Program-made: the position numbers and the translations under genes
The notes under the pieces: generated by a model
Database searches by the model: none
The model's input: only the letters and a program-made list of their open reading frames with translations
What the model was told of the DNA's origin: nothing
Shown: positions 20,821 to 30,481 of the stretch, piece after piece
Layout of the letters: each line of letters opens with the position of its first letter
How positions within the stretch are numbered: the stretch's first letter is position 1
IMG/VR virus record: IMGVR_UViG_3300015261_000002
Location: 160,748-224,747 of that record
Direction: 5' to 3' (one strand)
DNA length: 64,000 nt

Positions 20821-22680
20821 ATGACACAAAATCTTTCACCAATTATCGCGAAAGTCTGCAAACATGCTCATTATTCAGAGCATCGCTGGGACAAAACCAA
20901 AGACCTCCTCACAGCGAAGATCACGAACATCCATGAGGACGGTACTCGGTCGACAACCTTTAAGTCCTACGAGAATTACAAGCAGCCGTTCTGGATCATT
21001 AAGGAACAGCATCGCAAGTTCAACCAACCAAAGGACTACATCGAAGAACGGTACGTCAGGGAATACCGTTGCAATCGTCGTCAGATTCCATTTGAAGTCA
21101 AGAAGCAGTTGTTTGGGGCAGCTGATCGCAGTGCTTCGATTTATGACATCAAGTCGGGCAAAGGTATTCAATACGTGTTTGGTCTTGACCAGACGCCTGC
21201 GGTGCATTTGAAGCAACAGTTCTTTAAACGGTATGCGGAATACCAGGAAAAAGAAAAGTACACCATTGCGGCATTCGACGTTGAAGCCGACATGGAAGCG
21301 ATTGGTGAAGTGAAACCGATCATGATGGCTTCGGTCACTATGAAGGACAAAGCTTACTTCGCCGGGTGCCGGGGTTGGTATCAGTCTCGGCAGGACAAGA
21401 TTGACCCGAAGGTTCGTTTAACTGACTTTGCGATTTTAGCGGAGTTAAAAGCGGCCGAGAAGAAGTACCTGCAAGAACACTTGGATCGTCGAGGTTGCAC
21501 GATTGAGTATGAGTTGTTCGATACACCGGGTCAGGTAGCCTTTGCTTGTATTCAGAAGTTCCACGAGTGGGAACCAGACTGGGTACTGAGCTGGAACGCC
21601 GCTTACGATATGGAAGCGTGTGAGCGTGCATTGCGGTCCGAGGGTTATAACCTGGCCGACGTGTATTGCGATCCTCGTGTTCCAAAAGAGTATCGGATGT
21701 ATGAACTTAACCTGGGTCGTACACACAAGGTTAAAGAGAACGGCGACCGTACTCCTCTCGAACCTCAAGAGAAGTTCCCAACCGTTCGTTGTGTAGCAAC
21801 ATGGCAGTGGGCTGATGCCATGTCGGGTTATGCCATCAAGCGATTCTCTTCGGGTAAGCTCGAGAGTTACTCGCTGGAGGCGACTGCGCAACGGGAGAAG
21901 GTCAAGGGTAAGCTGTACACCGAAGAAGGCGCTGATAAGCTCCCAGGGTCTCCTCAGTGGCATCGATACATGCAGAAGCATTATCCGTATCTGTATTCGA
22001 TGTACAACATTGGCGATAACTTCCCAATCGAAGAGATCAACGAAACCACGCTGGACTTTGTACTGTCGATTCCAATGCTGCTGCGTTATTCGGAGTATTT
22101 CAACTTCGTTTCGCAACCACGTTTGATTGCAGATACCTTGTCCTTTATTGCGCGTGAGCATGGTTACGTTTGGGGCAGCACTCCTGCTAAACGGGATAAA
22201 GTCTTTACTGACCGACTGCCGACTCTCGACAACTGGATTGCACTTCTCGATACTGAGAAGAACGCAGACATGGGTCGGGCAATCTTTATCGGTCTGGATG
22301 ACGTTATCAGTGCGGGTCGTGGTCTTACTGACGACCTTGACGTTGAAGGGGCGTACCCAACCGGTACACTGGCTTCTAACGCAGCGAACAAAACCACGCA
22401 GATGGAGGTGTATGCCATTCAGGGTGCTAATGACATGAAGTTCCGGGAGATTGCCGTGAACTATGCCAGCAGTACTCAAGCGAATGCCATGGGTCTGAGT
22501 CACGCACTGTTCCGTTTCCCACAAGCCGACAAACTGCAATCTGAGTTTGAGAAAGGTTTGGAAGAACTGGGTTATGCAGACATGTTGAAGCAACTGCGTG
22601 AAAGTGCAGAGAAAGCAAAAGCAGAACGAGAAGCACGTCAAGCCAAAGTCCTACCAGAAGTACTGAAAGAAGCGGCGTAA
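20821..22680 (+). CDS. Split family-B DNA polymerase, N-terminal part (3-prime exonuclease plus motif A; phiKZ gp82-like)
   Basis: ExoI AAFDVEAD, ExoII SWNAAYDM, ExoIII YNIGD and polymerase motif A DLDVEGAYP. Confidence 0.8.
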   Translation: MTQNLSPIIAKVCKHAHYSEHRWDKTKDLLTAKITNIHEDGTRSTTFKSYENYKQPFWIIKEQHRKFNQPKDYIEERYVREYRCNRRQIPFEVKKQLFGAADRSASIYDIKSGKGIQYVFGLDQTPAVHLKQQFFKRYAEYQEKEKYTIAAFDVEADMEAIGEVKPIMMASVTMKDKAYFAGCRGWYQSRQDKIDPKVRLTDFAILAELKAAEKKYLQEHLDRRGCTIEYELFDTPGQVAFACIQKFHEWEPDWVLSWNAAYDMEACERALRSEGYNLADVYCDPRVPKEYRMYELNLGRTHKVKENGDRTPLEPQEKFPTVRCVATWQWADAMSGYAIKRFSSGKLESYSLEATAQREKVKGKLYTEEGADKLPGSPQWHRYMQKHYPYLYSMYNIGDNFPIEEINETTLDFVLSIPMLLRYSEYFNFVSQPRLIADTLSFIAREHGYVWGSTPAKRDKVFTDRLPTLDNWIALLDTEKNADMGRAIFIGLDDVISAGRGLTDDLDVEGAYPTGTLASNAANKTTQMEVYAIQGANDMKFREIAVNYASSTQANAMGLSHALFRFPQADKLQSEFEKGLEELGYADMLKQLRESAEKAKAEREARQAKVLPEVLKEAA

Positions 22681-22687
22681 AGCAGCT

Positions 22688-22731
22688 ATAAACCCTCCTA
22701 CTCCCTTTGTCGGGGAGTAGGAGGGTTTATT
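22688..22731. terminator. Bidirectional 19-bp hairpin
   Basis: ataaaccctcctactcccc-tttgtc-ggggagtaggagggtttat between convergent genes. Confidence 0.8.
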
Positions 22732-22765
22732 CACGATCGATGCTCAGAACGCCTTACAGACGTTA

Positions 22766-23845
22766 TTAAGCAGCGATACCAAAGACCTTGTTCAGGGCAT
22801 TGGACGCTTCGGTCACGCGGGTGTAGTTGGCTTCGATCAGCTTGGACGCTTTAACGCCAGTACCAACGATCACACGCAGAGCGGCGATGTCTTTCTGGAG
22901 TTCAGTTTTGTCTTTCGCTTCTTTGGCCTTCTTCATCTTCGCTTCAGCGCTGGCCAGCAGTTTCTCGATGGCCGACTTCTTGTTCTTGAATTCGTCGGAG
23001 AACGCCTTCAGGGACACGATGTTGGTGGCGCAGTCTTTGCTGAACTGGATGGCAGCAGCAGGCTCGGTGATGGAGGTGGCTTTTTCCAGCTTGGCCAGGA
23101 ACTGAGCGTCCCGGGTCATGAACTTGGTAACCAGGCCAGCCATGTCGATGGCGTTGTCGGTGAAGTCGGTGTTACCCGACAGGTGACCGGCGGCTTGCTT
23201 TTCCTTGTCGCTGCCCTGGGAAGTGGCGAGGGTCAGGAATGCTTTCTTCGCCTTCACAGCCGCAGCCACAACGTTGGCCAGAGTTGCTTGAGCCTTCTTG
23301 TTCATCTTGCCCATTTCTTTCAGGGCAGCCTTGACGGCGTCGCGCTTCTCTTTCAGGCCCTTCTTCTTGGCGTCAGCGATTTCTTTCGCAGTTGCTTCGG
23401 AAACGTTGCCGGCCATCGCGTTCAGTTGCTTGTCGGCGGTGGCTTCGTCCTGGGTACCCGAAACAGCGGCTTGGAGTTCAGCAGCGTTTTCGTTGCACGC
23501 TTCTTTGGCCACTTCAGCGTCTTTGGCGCTGTCACGGTTGAAGAAGAAGTCCCAGATGGACTTGAAGGTTTTAGCGATGTAGTCATACACCGCTTTGAAG
23601 CCGTTGCCGATGGCGGAGAACACGCCTTCGTTACCGGTCACTTGAGCGCCGGTAATAATGCCAGCAGCACTGAGCACGCCTTGAGCATAACGCTGAGCGT
23701 CAGTCAGGGAGATCGATTCGGTACCCGCAACGTCCAGCTGTTCAGCCGTATCGTTGAGGGCGTCGAACATGATCTCGACGTGCGGTACGTCGGGGAGACC
23801 AAAGCCGTCGCCATCAGGTTGGTAGGAGCCTTCTACGTATTCCAT
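22766..23845 (-). CDS. Internal head protein paralog (359 aa)
   Basis: VAGTE-S and VTGNE-GVFSAIGNGFKAVYDYIAKTFKSIWDFF; Ala/Lys-rich body like the 3276-7671 paralogs. Confidence 0.6.
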   Translation of the reverse strand: MEYVEGSYQPDGDGFGLPDVPHVEIMFDALNDTAEQLDVAGTESISLTDAQRYAQGVLSAAGIITGAQVTGNEGVFSAIGNGFKAVYDYIAKTFKSIWDFFFNRDSAKDAEVAKEACNENAAELQAAVSGTQDEATADKQLNAMAGNVSEATAKEIADAKKKGLKEKRDAVKAALKEMGKMNKKAQATLANVVAAAVKAKKAFLTLATSQGSDKEKQAAGHLSGNTDFTDNAIDMAGLVTKFMTRDAQFLAKLEKATSITEPAAAIQFSKDCATNIVSLKAFSDEFKNKKSAIEKLLASAEAKMKKAKEAKDKTELQKDIAALRVIVGTGVKASKLIEANYTRVTEASNALNKVFGIAA

Positions 23846-23894
23846 TTGTTCGATCCTTGCGGGGAGGGGGTTATGATGTATTGACGGCGGTGGA

Positions 23895-24524
23895 TTAGAC
23901 GTTGGTCAGGTAGCGGAAGTACTGGGTAACGTTTTCTTTACCCTTGCGATTCAGGTCAGTGATAACACTGGCCAGGTCGATCAGCGAGTGCAACTTGTAC
24001 CGCGCTTCCCAGTTCTTGGCGACCATGGTCAAGAACGCGAGGTAGGTGTGGTACAGGCGGATGGTCTGGGCAGGGTACTTCTTGTCCAGTCCCACGGTGT
24101 AACGGAATGCCAGGCCGCTGGAGAACACATCAGCGTTCTGACGGATGACGGTCAGCAGGTCGTCGGTAACGACAACGAACTGTTCGAAATCGAGGCGCAT
24201 GGAGTTGCCGATCGTTTCAATGAAACTGATCTGTTCGTCCTGCTCTTCCTTCTTGTCCTTGAAGCGGCGACGACCGGCCAAGAATTCGATGTGGCGGTTG
24301 ATACGAGTGACCATGATGTCAGTCGTGGTATCGCCCTTAGCGTTGACCATCTTGGCAATGCCGATGACCATTGGCTCAGGTTCGAAAGTAGCCTCAGCAG
24401 GAGCAGCAGCTTTGGCAGGTTGGGTGATAACAGCAGGGGCTTTAGCAGCAGGTGCGGCAACCTCCTTTGCTTCATCACCACTGAGATCTTCGCTCTCAGG
24501 TGGCGTGTATTCATTTTTGCTCAT
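23895..24524 (-). CDS. Hypothetical protein (209 aa)
   Basis: Good RBS; Ala/Pro-rich N-terminal linker followed by a helical domain. Confidence 0.55.
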   Translation of the reverse strand: MSKNEYTPPESEDLSGDEAKEVAAPAAKAPAVITQPAKAAAPAEATFEPEPMVIGIAKMVNAKGDTTTDIMVTRINRHIEFLAGRRRFKDKKEEQDEQISFIETIGNSMRLDFEQFVVVTDDLLTVIRQNADVFSSGLAFRYTVGLDKKYPAQTIRLYHTYLAFLTMVAKNWEARYKLHSLIDLASVITDLNRKGKENVTQYFRYLTNV

Positions 24525-24595
24525 GGAAAGGGCCCTTTCGTAGAGAGTTATAGGCTACCGTAAATACGGTTTCAGCATAAAATACGCCTCCACCC

Positions 24596-24617
24596 CTAGG
24601 GTCCGCTGGGACCCTAG
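24596..24617 (-). terminator. Hairpin terminator
   Basis: ctagggtcc-gctg-ggaccctag, extendable by cgcctc/gaggcg; followed by TATTTTATGCTG on the minus strand. Confidence 0.55.
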
Positions 24618-24630
24618 AGGCGAAAGGTAT

Positions 24631-25167
24631 CTAAAACAGTTTCTTGTCCAAACCCAGCTGTCGCATAACTTCCAGCACGTCTTTGTTGGTATCCCCAACC
24701 TTTGGCATTTTGGTATTACCATTTGACTCAGGTGGGTTATCCTGCTTGTCCCGCTGACTACGTCCTTCACCCACACCCGTGATCAAGTCATCGATCATAA
24801 ACATGGGCATTTCCATGTAATCCCTTAACGGCATGATCTCATGGAGTTTGTAGAACCCATACTTCTTAGCGACAGACTTAATTGACCACTCATGGTAGAA
24901 CTCGTTCTCCTCAGGAATGTAGAGAACCGAAGAGAACGGATCCATGGTGGCAGGGGTGTAGTAGTTCATGTTCAAGTCATGCAACATGGACTCGTTAAAC
25001 GACATCGCCTCTGGGGTAACATCCTTCATGGACTTACCCAGAAGCGAATTGTTTACCTGGTTGAACGCGGGACTGAAGACAATCCGATTGTTGACGCGCT
25101 CTATTATTGCGAGAGGGCTTCGGATTTGACTTTGTTTTGGACGGCCGTCTGCTTGAGCATTGACCAC
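24631..25167 (-). CDS. ORF in the -1 frame of the upstream gene; probable frameshift extension (tail-chaperone T-like or gp51-like domain)
   Basis: Overlaps the upstream gene by 64 nt with no convincing RBS at its GTG. The frame is open from the T7 run at 25179-25185. Confidence 0.5.
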   Translation of the reverse strand: MVNAQADGRPKQSQIRSPLAIIERVNNRIVFSPAFNQVNNSLLGKSMKDVTPEAMSFNESMLHDLNMNYYTPATMDPFSSVLYIPEENEFYHEWSIKSVAKKYGFYKLHEIMPLRDYMEMPMFMIDDLITGVGEGRSQRDKQDNPPESNGNTKMPKVGDTNKDVLEVMRQLGLDKKLF

Positions 25168-26831
25168 TGGGTGAGGGTAAAAAAACTCATCACCGGATCG
25201 ATAGGCGTGTAGCCCAGCTTACGATCCAGGAGGTTTTCGGGGTCTTCCAGGTCGGCCATGTTCTTGCGGCACTTCGGACACACGTAGTTACGCACACCAA
25301 AGAAGGTACGCGACATGTACGGGGTCTTGTTCAGCACGAACTTGACGAGGTTACGGTTGAGGTCTTCGTGGTCACGCAGTACATCGAGAAGACCGCCGTT
25401 GAAGTCGTTCGGTTCGATTTCGCTGCGGTTGAACACCGTTTCCTTTTCGTCGGTGTTTTCTGCCGGCAGGTCGACCTGACGTTGCACCCAGTGGATGAAC
25501 TCGGTAGAACCGAGGTTGTTGTGAACCATCGTCACCTGAGTTTGGTATTCGGCCGGATCGATCAACTTCGTACGCAGCTCAGCCAACTCAGGGTTGATCT
25601 CGCCGATAAAGAAGTCGAACGCGTCGAAGGCTTCAGCCAGGGTAGGCGGTGCACATTCCAGGTACATCGTTCTGTCGTCGTTGTACACGCGGTTGCTTTC
25701 GAGACCGTAGGTCGAAGCACGGCTCATGGCACGCGTTTCTTCCATGGTGTACTTCGCATGGCCGTTCAGCAGGTTGGCGTAGATCGCCTCATCAGCATCG
25801 CTGGTGATGTGGTGACGATGACGCAGCAGCTTGCTTGCCTGCACCAACTTGAAGGCTTCCCAATCACAGCTGCCGGAGAAGCAACGGAGGTTGAGGTTGA
25901 TACCCTTGGCGTTGGTGGACTCGATGAGCGCACTGATGATGGCATCCATGTCGGTCAGCAGGATCACGTTGGACAGCTGATTGAAGTCAGCCAGGTCAGT
26001 AACGCTGGAGTTCGTGATACGCTTCGCGATGAAGTTCCAGATCACACGGATCGATGCAATGCGAGCCAGGACGGCGCTGTTGTTGCCGATCTGCTGTACA
26101 TAGCCGGTGATGGTCCGGCGGATGTCGTTCAGCAGCGAGCCCATCTCGGTGTGGTTAGTCCGCGAGAAAGCGAACATCGCAAACGAGTCACGGCAGAGAA
26201 CGTCGAAGGCCAGCTTGTCGGCACCGGGTGCTGTGGTTTTACGCGCAGCACGACGACGCATGTTTTCACGAGCCGAGAAGCCTTCGGTCTGAGCAGAAGG
26301 ACGTTTACCGACGACGTCACCGGTGTTTACACCGCCACGGTTGGCGACGTTGCTGAGACCCGGCTCATTCATGATCGAGGTACGAACTTTCAGCTCGTCC
26401 TGGATCTCCGACATGAACGCATACATGTCGGCAGCGTGTGCCATGACCTGGTCAGAGGTCTTGCCCGGGAACTTCTCTTCGATGTACGCCATCCAGTCCG
26501 CTTCAGCCTTCTTGAAGACCGACTCAGGGATGCGCTCTTCCTCGTACATGGCCTTGGAGCCACTGAAGGTCAACCAACGGCCAATGACGCTCTGGGCCTT
26601 CTGGATGTCTTCCTTGCGGTTACCGAGGAACACAGTGAGGAAACCACCGTCTTGACGTTCTTCTTCGGAGAGGTCGCGGAGGACTTCATCTTCAGGAGCC
26701 AGGACTTGCTTCATCGTGGTGTTTTGAGCGGTGTGTACGTCGTGGTGCGTTGGAGTTGATGCAGTCGGTGCAGGAGTTGCATCAGCACCTTGAACAGACG
26801 TCTCAACCGGATCTTGAGGTTCAGTACTCAT
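25104..26831 (-). CDS. Putative tail/baseplate assembly chaperone (T4 gp26/gp51-like, inferred)
   Basis: 575 aa with Cys pairs LRCFSGSC and YVCPKC; strong codon bias. Function is inferred. Confidence 0.4.
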   Translation of the reverse strand: MSTEPQDPVETSVQGADATPAPTASTPTHHDVHTAQNTTMKQVLAPEDEVLRDLSEEERQDGGFLTVFLGNRKEDIQKAQSVIGRWLTFSGSKAMYEEERIPESVFKKAEADWMAYIEEKFPGKTSDQVMAHAADMYAFMSEIQDELKVRTSIMNEPGLSNVANRGGVNTGDVVGKRPSAQTEGFSARENMRRRAARKTTAPGADKLAFDVLCRDSFAMFAFSRTNHTEMGSLLNDIRRTITGYVQQIGNNSAVLARIASIRVIWNFIAKRITNSSVTDLADFNQLSNVILLTDMDAIISALIESTNAKGINLNLRCFSGSCDWEAFKLVQASKLLRHRHHITSDADEAIYANLLNGHAKYTMEETRAMSRASTYGLESNRVYNDDRTMYLECAPPTLAEAFDAFDFFIGEINPELAELRTKLIDPAEYQTQVTMVHNNLGSTEFIHWVQRQVDLPAENTDEKETVFNRSEIEPNDFNGGLLDVLRDHEDLNRNLVKFVLNKTPYMSRTFFGVRNYVCPKCRKNMADLEDPENLLDRKLGYTPIDPVMSFFTLTQWSMLKQTAVQNKVKSEALSQ

Positions 26832-26854
26832 GTACTACTTCCTTGCTTAAGGGG

Positions 26855-27634
26855 TTAGTTAACTTGTTTGGCGCCAATGTCTTCATAGGCGTCTTCAGGC
26901 AACACGGTGCCTTCCAGCGGCTTGCTGGCTGCCGGTGCGGCGGAAGGCGAGACAGTGCGGTAGGTCGCAGCAACGATGGCCATACGCTCACCGTGCAGAC
27001 GCATGCCGAAGGTGTAGTTGTCTTCGTCCTGGCCTTTGTGTTCGCGGACGTATTCGTTGATGATTTCTTCGCGAGGACGCAGCACACCTTCCATAACGGA
27101 CGGGATGTCGAATTCCATCACTTCGGCGAGGGTGTCGGTGTAGTGGACGAACAGTGAGATGTAATCGTCGACTTCCTGGCCTTTGTTGATGAACTCGAAG
27201 ATGGCATGAACGTCTTCGGCGATCGAGACGATCTTCTGATCGAAGAGGTTGATGAGCAGTTGCTCTTCTGCGGTCAGGGTGGTCTTCTTCATGTCAACGA
27301 GTTTGCTGACAACTTCGATCACGCCGTGGATGTTGCCCAGGATCGGGATCATTTCGTTGATGCCTTTCAGCACCTCGATGTTGTTCAGCGCTTCCTTCGC
27401 CTTGTCGAAATCCTTCCGCAGGTCGAGGGCGGTTTGCATCACGCCCTTGGTGGCGATGTCGTAACGCAGTTTGGCTTCGGCCGCCTGGATGCCTTCAGGG
27501 GTCTTGGCGATACGTGCCATCTCACGACGGCCAAGATGGAATTGTGTGGTGTTACGGTCAACGTTAGCCCGTTTCTTTTTCTGTTTCGAGGCCTGGTTGC
27601 GTTTGGCTTTCTTTTCTGCTTGCTTGGTGCTCAT
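26855..27634 (-). CDS. Hypothetical protein (259 aa)
   Basis: Basic N-terminus, helical body, strong codon bias. Confidence 0.55.
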   Translation of the reverse strand: MSTKQAEKKAKRNQASKQKKKRANVDRNTTQFHLGRREMARIAKTPEGIQAAEAKLRYDIATKGVMQTALDLRKDFDKAKEALNNIEVLKGINEMIPILGNIHGVIEVVSKLVDMKKTTLTAEEQLLINLFDQKIVSIAEDVHAIFEFINKGQEVDDYISLFVHYTDTLAEVMEFDIPSVMEGVLRPREEIINEYVREHKGQDEDNYTFGMRLHGERMAIVAATYRTVSPSAAPAASKPLEGTVLPEDAYEDIGAKQVN

Positions 27635-27673
27635 GCTATGATTCCCTGGTTAACTAACGGTAGGAAAGCCCCA

Positions 27674-28576
27674 ATGAATATTGAGACTGACGAAGTAGTG
27701 GTGATGGGTGCGGACGAAGACCTGGCCGCTACTCTCATCGGTGGTATTTGGGTTGACTTCAAGGCCTCTATCCCCGACCCTCAAGCTAAAATATTGACCG
27801 ACGGGTTCAATTTAATTCTTTTGAACATCCCCGAGTCATTGCTGCAAAACGTGATCACCGAACTGCTCGTGGATGAGACTTTTGATACCCCCATCAAAAA
27901 GAAGCAAATCTACGAACTGATCACCAACAATATAATCGACGTGCTGTCCCGTCTGGGCTTTATCATCAACGAGGATGAAGTGACACACGAACGATTGGAG
28001 GAACTCATTCATGTCGGTAACTTCTTCCACGAGATGGATCACTATGAAGACGTCATTGGTTTGGGTAACATTCTGGATTCTGTTGATATCCCCCCTGTGG
28101 ACCGCTTCCTCCTGATTTTCCAGAAATACATGGGTGATGCTGTTTCGCTCACCAACTATGAGTTGCTACTACAAGATGTTAGCGAGGTGACTTTAAAGGC
28201 TGTCCGCGACAACCTTGTCACCGGTGATGTAGAGGACGGGATCCCTACCACCCTCATTAAGCGTATAAGAGCCAACAAGGCCCTTATCGAGAATACCCTG
28301 GCCTATGAGCACGTCATTCACAACGGCCGCGTAGGCAGCCCTGTAGACGTCCTTATGAACTTCTTTAAGACCGATCTGGTTAAGCTCCTTGACTACCCGT
28401 CGATGGACAACCAAATCGAGTACGGTAAAGAAGTCATGGGTCTTTACCTCATCAGTGAGTTGAACAACGATACTCTTCGTGAACAGCTCCTGGTCCATAT
28501 CAACGAGATCACCACGGATCACTTGGCCTTGCTGGCGATTGAGAAGATGATCGGTGCCCTGGACCTTCAACCATGA
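27674..28576 (+). CDS. Hypothetical acidic protein (300 aa), coupled to the vRNAP gene
   Basis: Real start is MNIETDEV (ATG 27674 after AGGA). The N-terminal part of the track ORF is antisense shadow. Confidence 0.55.
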   Translation: MNIETDEVVVMGADEDLAATLIGGIWVDFKASIPDPQAKILTDGFNLILLNIPESLLQNVITELLVDETFDTPIKKKQIYELITNNIIDVLSRLGFIINEDEVTHERLEELIHVGNFFHEMDHYEDVIGLGNILDSVDIPPVDRFLLIFQKYMGDAVSLTNYELLLQDVSEVTLKAVRDNLVTGDVEDGIPTTLIKRIRANKALIENTLAYEHVIHNGRVGSPVDVLMNFFKTDLVKLLDYPSMDNQIEYGKEVMGLYLISELNNDTLREQLLVHINEITTDHLALLAIEKMIGALDLQP

Positions 28577-29871
28577 ATAAACTCGATTACCTAAAGCTCT
28601 GGTTTAACAACCTCGGCTACGCCAACAAGGCCTCGGTACAATCCATCATCTCGATTCAGTTCGAAGATGAGGAGTCCGCTGGCGCCTTCAAGAAGATCCC
28701 CTGGACCGTCTTTGTGGAGAAGGGTAAGTTCCACGCCATTATCGACGGTAATACCGTTGTGCTGGATGGCAAGGTCGATCAACCCTTTGCTGTCATGGAC
28801 GATGAGTTTTCCTTTCCGGGTGACTTCCATCCGATGCTGAAGGGAACACCGGTGGATTCTACCTTTGGGCTGATGTTGTTTAACGTCATCCTCTGGTGGG
28901 AGCCCTTCCAAGGCAAGGTGGATTATGTCAACCAGGGCTTTACCAAGAAGTTGATTGAAGGTCATATCAGTCGGCTCATGGTGGACAACCCCAAGGAAGG
29001 GGAAACAGTGCCTGAAGGTAAGGCCTCTGTTGATGACTGCATGAAGTTTACTGAGAACTGCTACTACCTTGAAGGGTTGGGTTCGTTCTTTGTTAAACCA
29101 GGTGGCGTAGACGCCCTCTCCGTCTCTGCTGCGGTGCTTAAGCGTAAAGATGAACTCTTTGCTAAGCTAAGAGCCGAAGGCAAGATGAACGACCCTGTAG
29201 CCTTTACAGCGGCCGTTGAAGAACTGGTTCAAATGGACCGGGAAGAAATGCTCAGTGGTGACAGCAAGAACTTCTTCATCAACGACAAGTTTATCAATAC
29301 CGCGCGTAAACGTATGTTTATTGCGTTTGGTATTGAAGAAGACGAAGAGACAGGTGAGTGGATTGCCTTGCCTCGCAGTCTGGATGAAGGCCTTGACCCT
29401 GAGCAGGTCGTGGTACAGACCAACGCCGCGGTAGCTGGTGCTTACTCCCGTTCCATGGCAACCGGTGAAGGTGGTAGCCAGGTTAAGGAAACGCTGCGTC
29501 TGATCGGCCGTGGTAAAGTGGAAGGGACGGACTGCAAGACCCCTCGGACTGAGCCTATCATCATGACCCCGGATAACCGTGGTTGGATTGGCGGTTACTA
29601 CATGAAGGGCGATAAGGTTACCTACATCACCCCAGATGAGTTCCAATCTGTAGTGGGTAAGGTCGTCAACATGCGTGTGCCTCAGTTCTGTCTGTCGCCT
29701 GACGGCAACTACTGCTCGACGTGCTTGGGTGAAGGCCTGGGTAAACTGGCAGATCGTCTGTCGGCTGAAGTGGTACGTGTTCCAACCGAGTTCATGCTGC
29801 AACGTATGAAGGCCCACCACCAGGCGGGTCGTAAGCGGGCTAAGCTGAACCTGGCCACTGCAATCAAATAG
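28573..29871 (+). CDS. Virion RNA polymerase beta-prime subunit fragment (phiKZ gp80-like)
   Basis: Bridge-helix-like GAYSRSMATGEGGSQVKETLR, DCKT, and zinc site RVPQFC...NYCSTCLG, as in RpoC. Confidence 0.8.
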   Translation: MNKLDYLKLWFNNLGYANKASVQSIISIQFEDEESAGAFKKIPWTVFVEKGKFHAIIDGNTVVLDGKVDQPFAVMDDEFSFPGDFHPMLKGTPVDSTFGLMLFNVILWWEPFQGKVDYVNQGFTKKLIEGHISRLMVDNPKEGETVPEGKASVDDCMKFTENCYYLEGLGSFFVKPGGVDALSVSAAVLKRKDELFAKLRAEGKMNDPVAFTAAVEELVQMDREEMLSGDSKNFFINDKFINTARKRMFIAFGIEEDEETGEWIALPRSLDEGLDPEQVVVQTNAAVAGAYSRSMATGEGGSQVKETLRLIGRGKVEGTDCKTPRTEPIIMTPDNRGWIGGYYMKGDKVTYITPDEFQSVVGKVVNMRVPQFCLSPDGNYCSTCLGEGLGKLADRLSAEVVRVPTEFMLQRMKAHHQAGRKRAKLNLATAIK

Positions 29872-29890
29872 CAAAAAAGAAAGCTGTTAT

Positions 29891-29931
29891 TATAACCCTA
29901 CCAACCCCTCAGTGGGGTTGGTAGGGTTATA
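29891..29931. terminator. Bidirectional 18-bp hairpin
   Basis: tataaccctaccaacccc-tcagt-ggggttggtagggttata between convergent genes. Confidence 0.8.
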
Positions 29932-29935
29932 GGTT

Positions 29936-30481
29936 TCAGCATGGGGGTAGCACAGGTAAACCATGGAGCATCGAACCACCGGTCGGAAGGGTTGGGATAC
30001 CCAACTGATCCACAACCGTCGGTTGAATGTTGAACACAACGCGGTCCTTTAAATGCAACGAGCTAAAACTGAACCGCTTCTGAAAACCAGGCTGAGACAA
30101 GATATTCTTGATAGCAGCCATCTCAGAAGGGTCGTTCATGAGGTTGATCGCATCGACCACTGCACCCAACTTAATCATGATCGCTTCACGGTACCCTGGG
30201 TCGTATTCAACCAACTCAGGATTGTTTAGCGTAATCACCCCGTCCAGTGGATTCTGGTCAGCCAAAACGCCCAGCAGATACTCTACTGAGGCTTCGAACT
30301 GTGAATCCGGATCATCCGCCAGATACTCGATGTCATCGACCAGCGGATAGTCATACGGGTTAGCCATCTGAAAGATGACAAAGATTCCCTCCAGCATGAT
30401 TAAGTCGAGAAACTCCAACGCAACATCCGAATAGAGTTCCTCGCGGGTTTCAGGGTCAAGCTTGAGGATGAAGGACAGCAT
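29936..30481 (-). CDS. Small acidic hypothetical protein (181 aa)
   Basis: TAATG-coupled; C-terminal SSLHLKDRVVFNI. Confidence 0.5.
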   Translation of the reverse strand: MLSFILKLDPETREELYSDVALEFLDLIMLEGIFVIFQMANPYDYPLVDDIEYLADDPDSQFEASVEYLLGVLADQNPLDGVITLNNPELVEYDPGYREAIMIKLGAVVDAINLMNDPSEMAAIKNILSQPGFQKRFSFSSLHLKDRVVFNIQPTVVDQLGIPTLPTGGSMLHGLPVLPPC

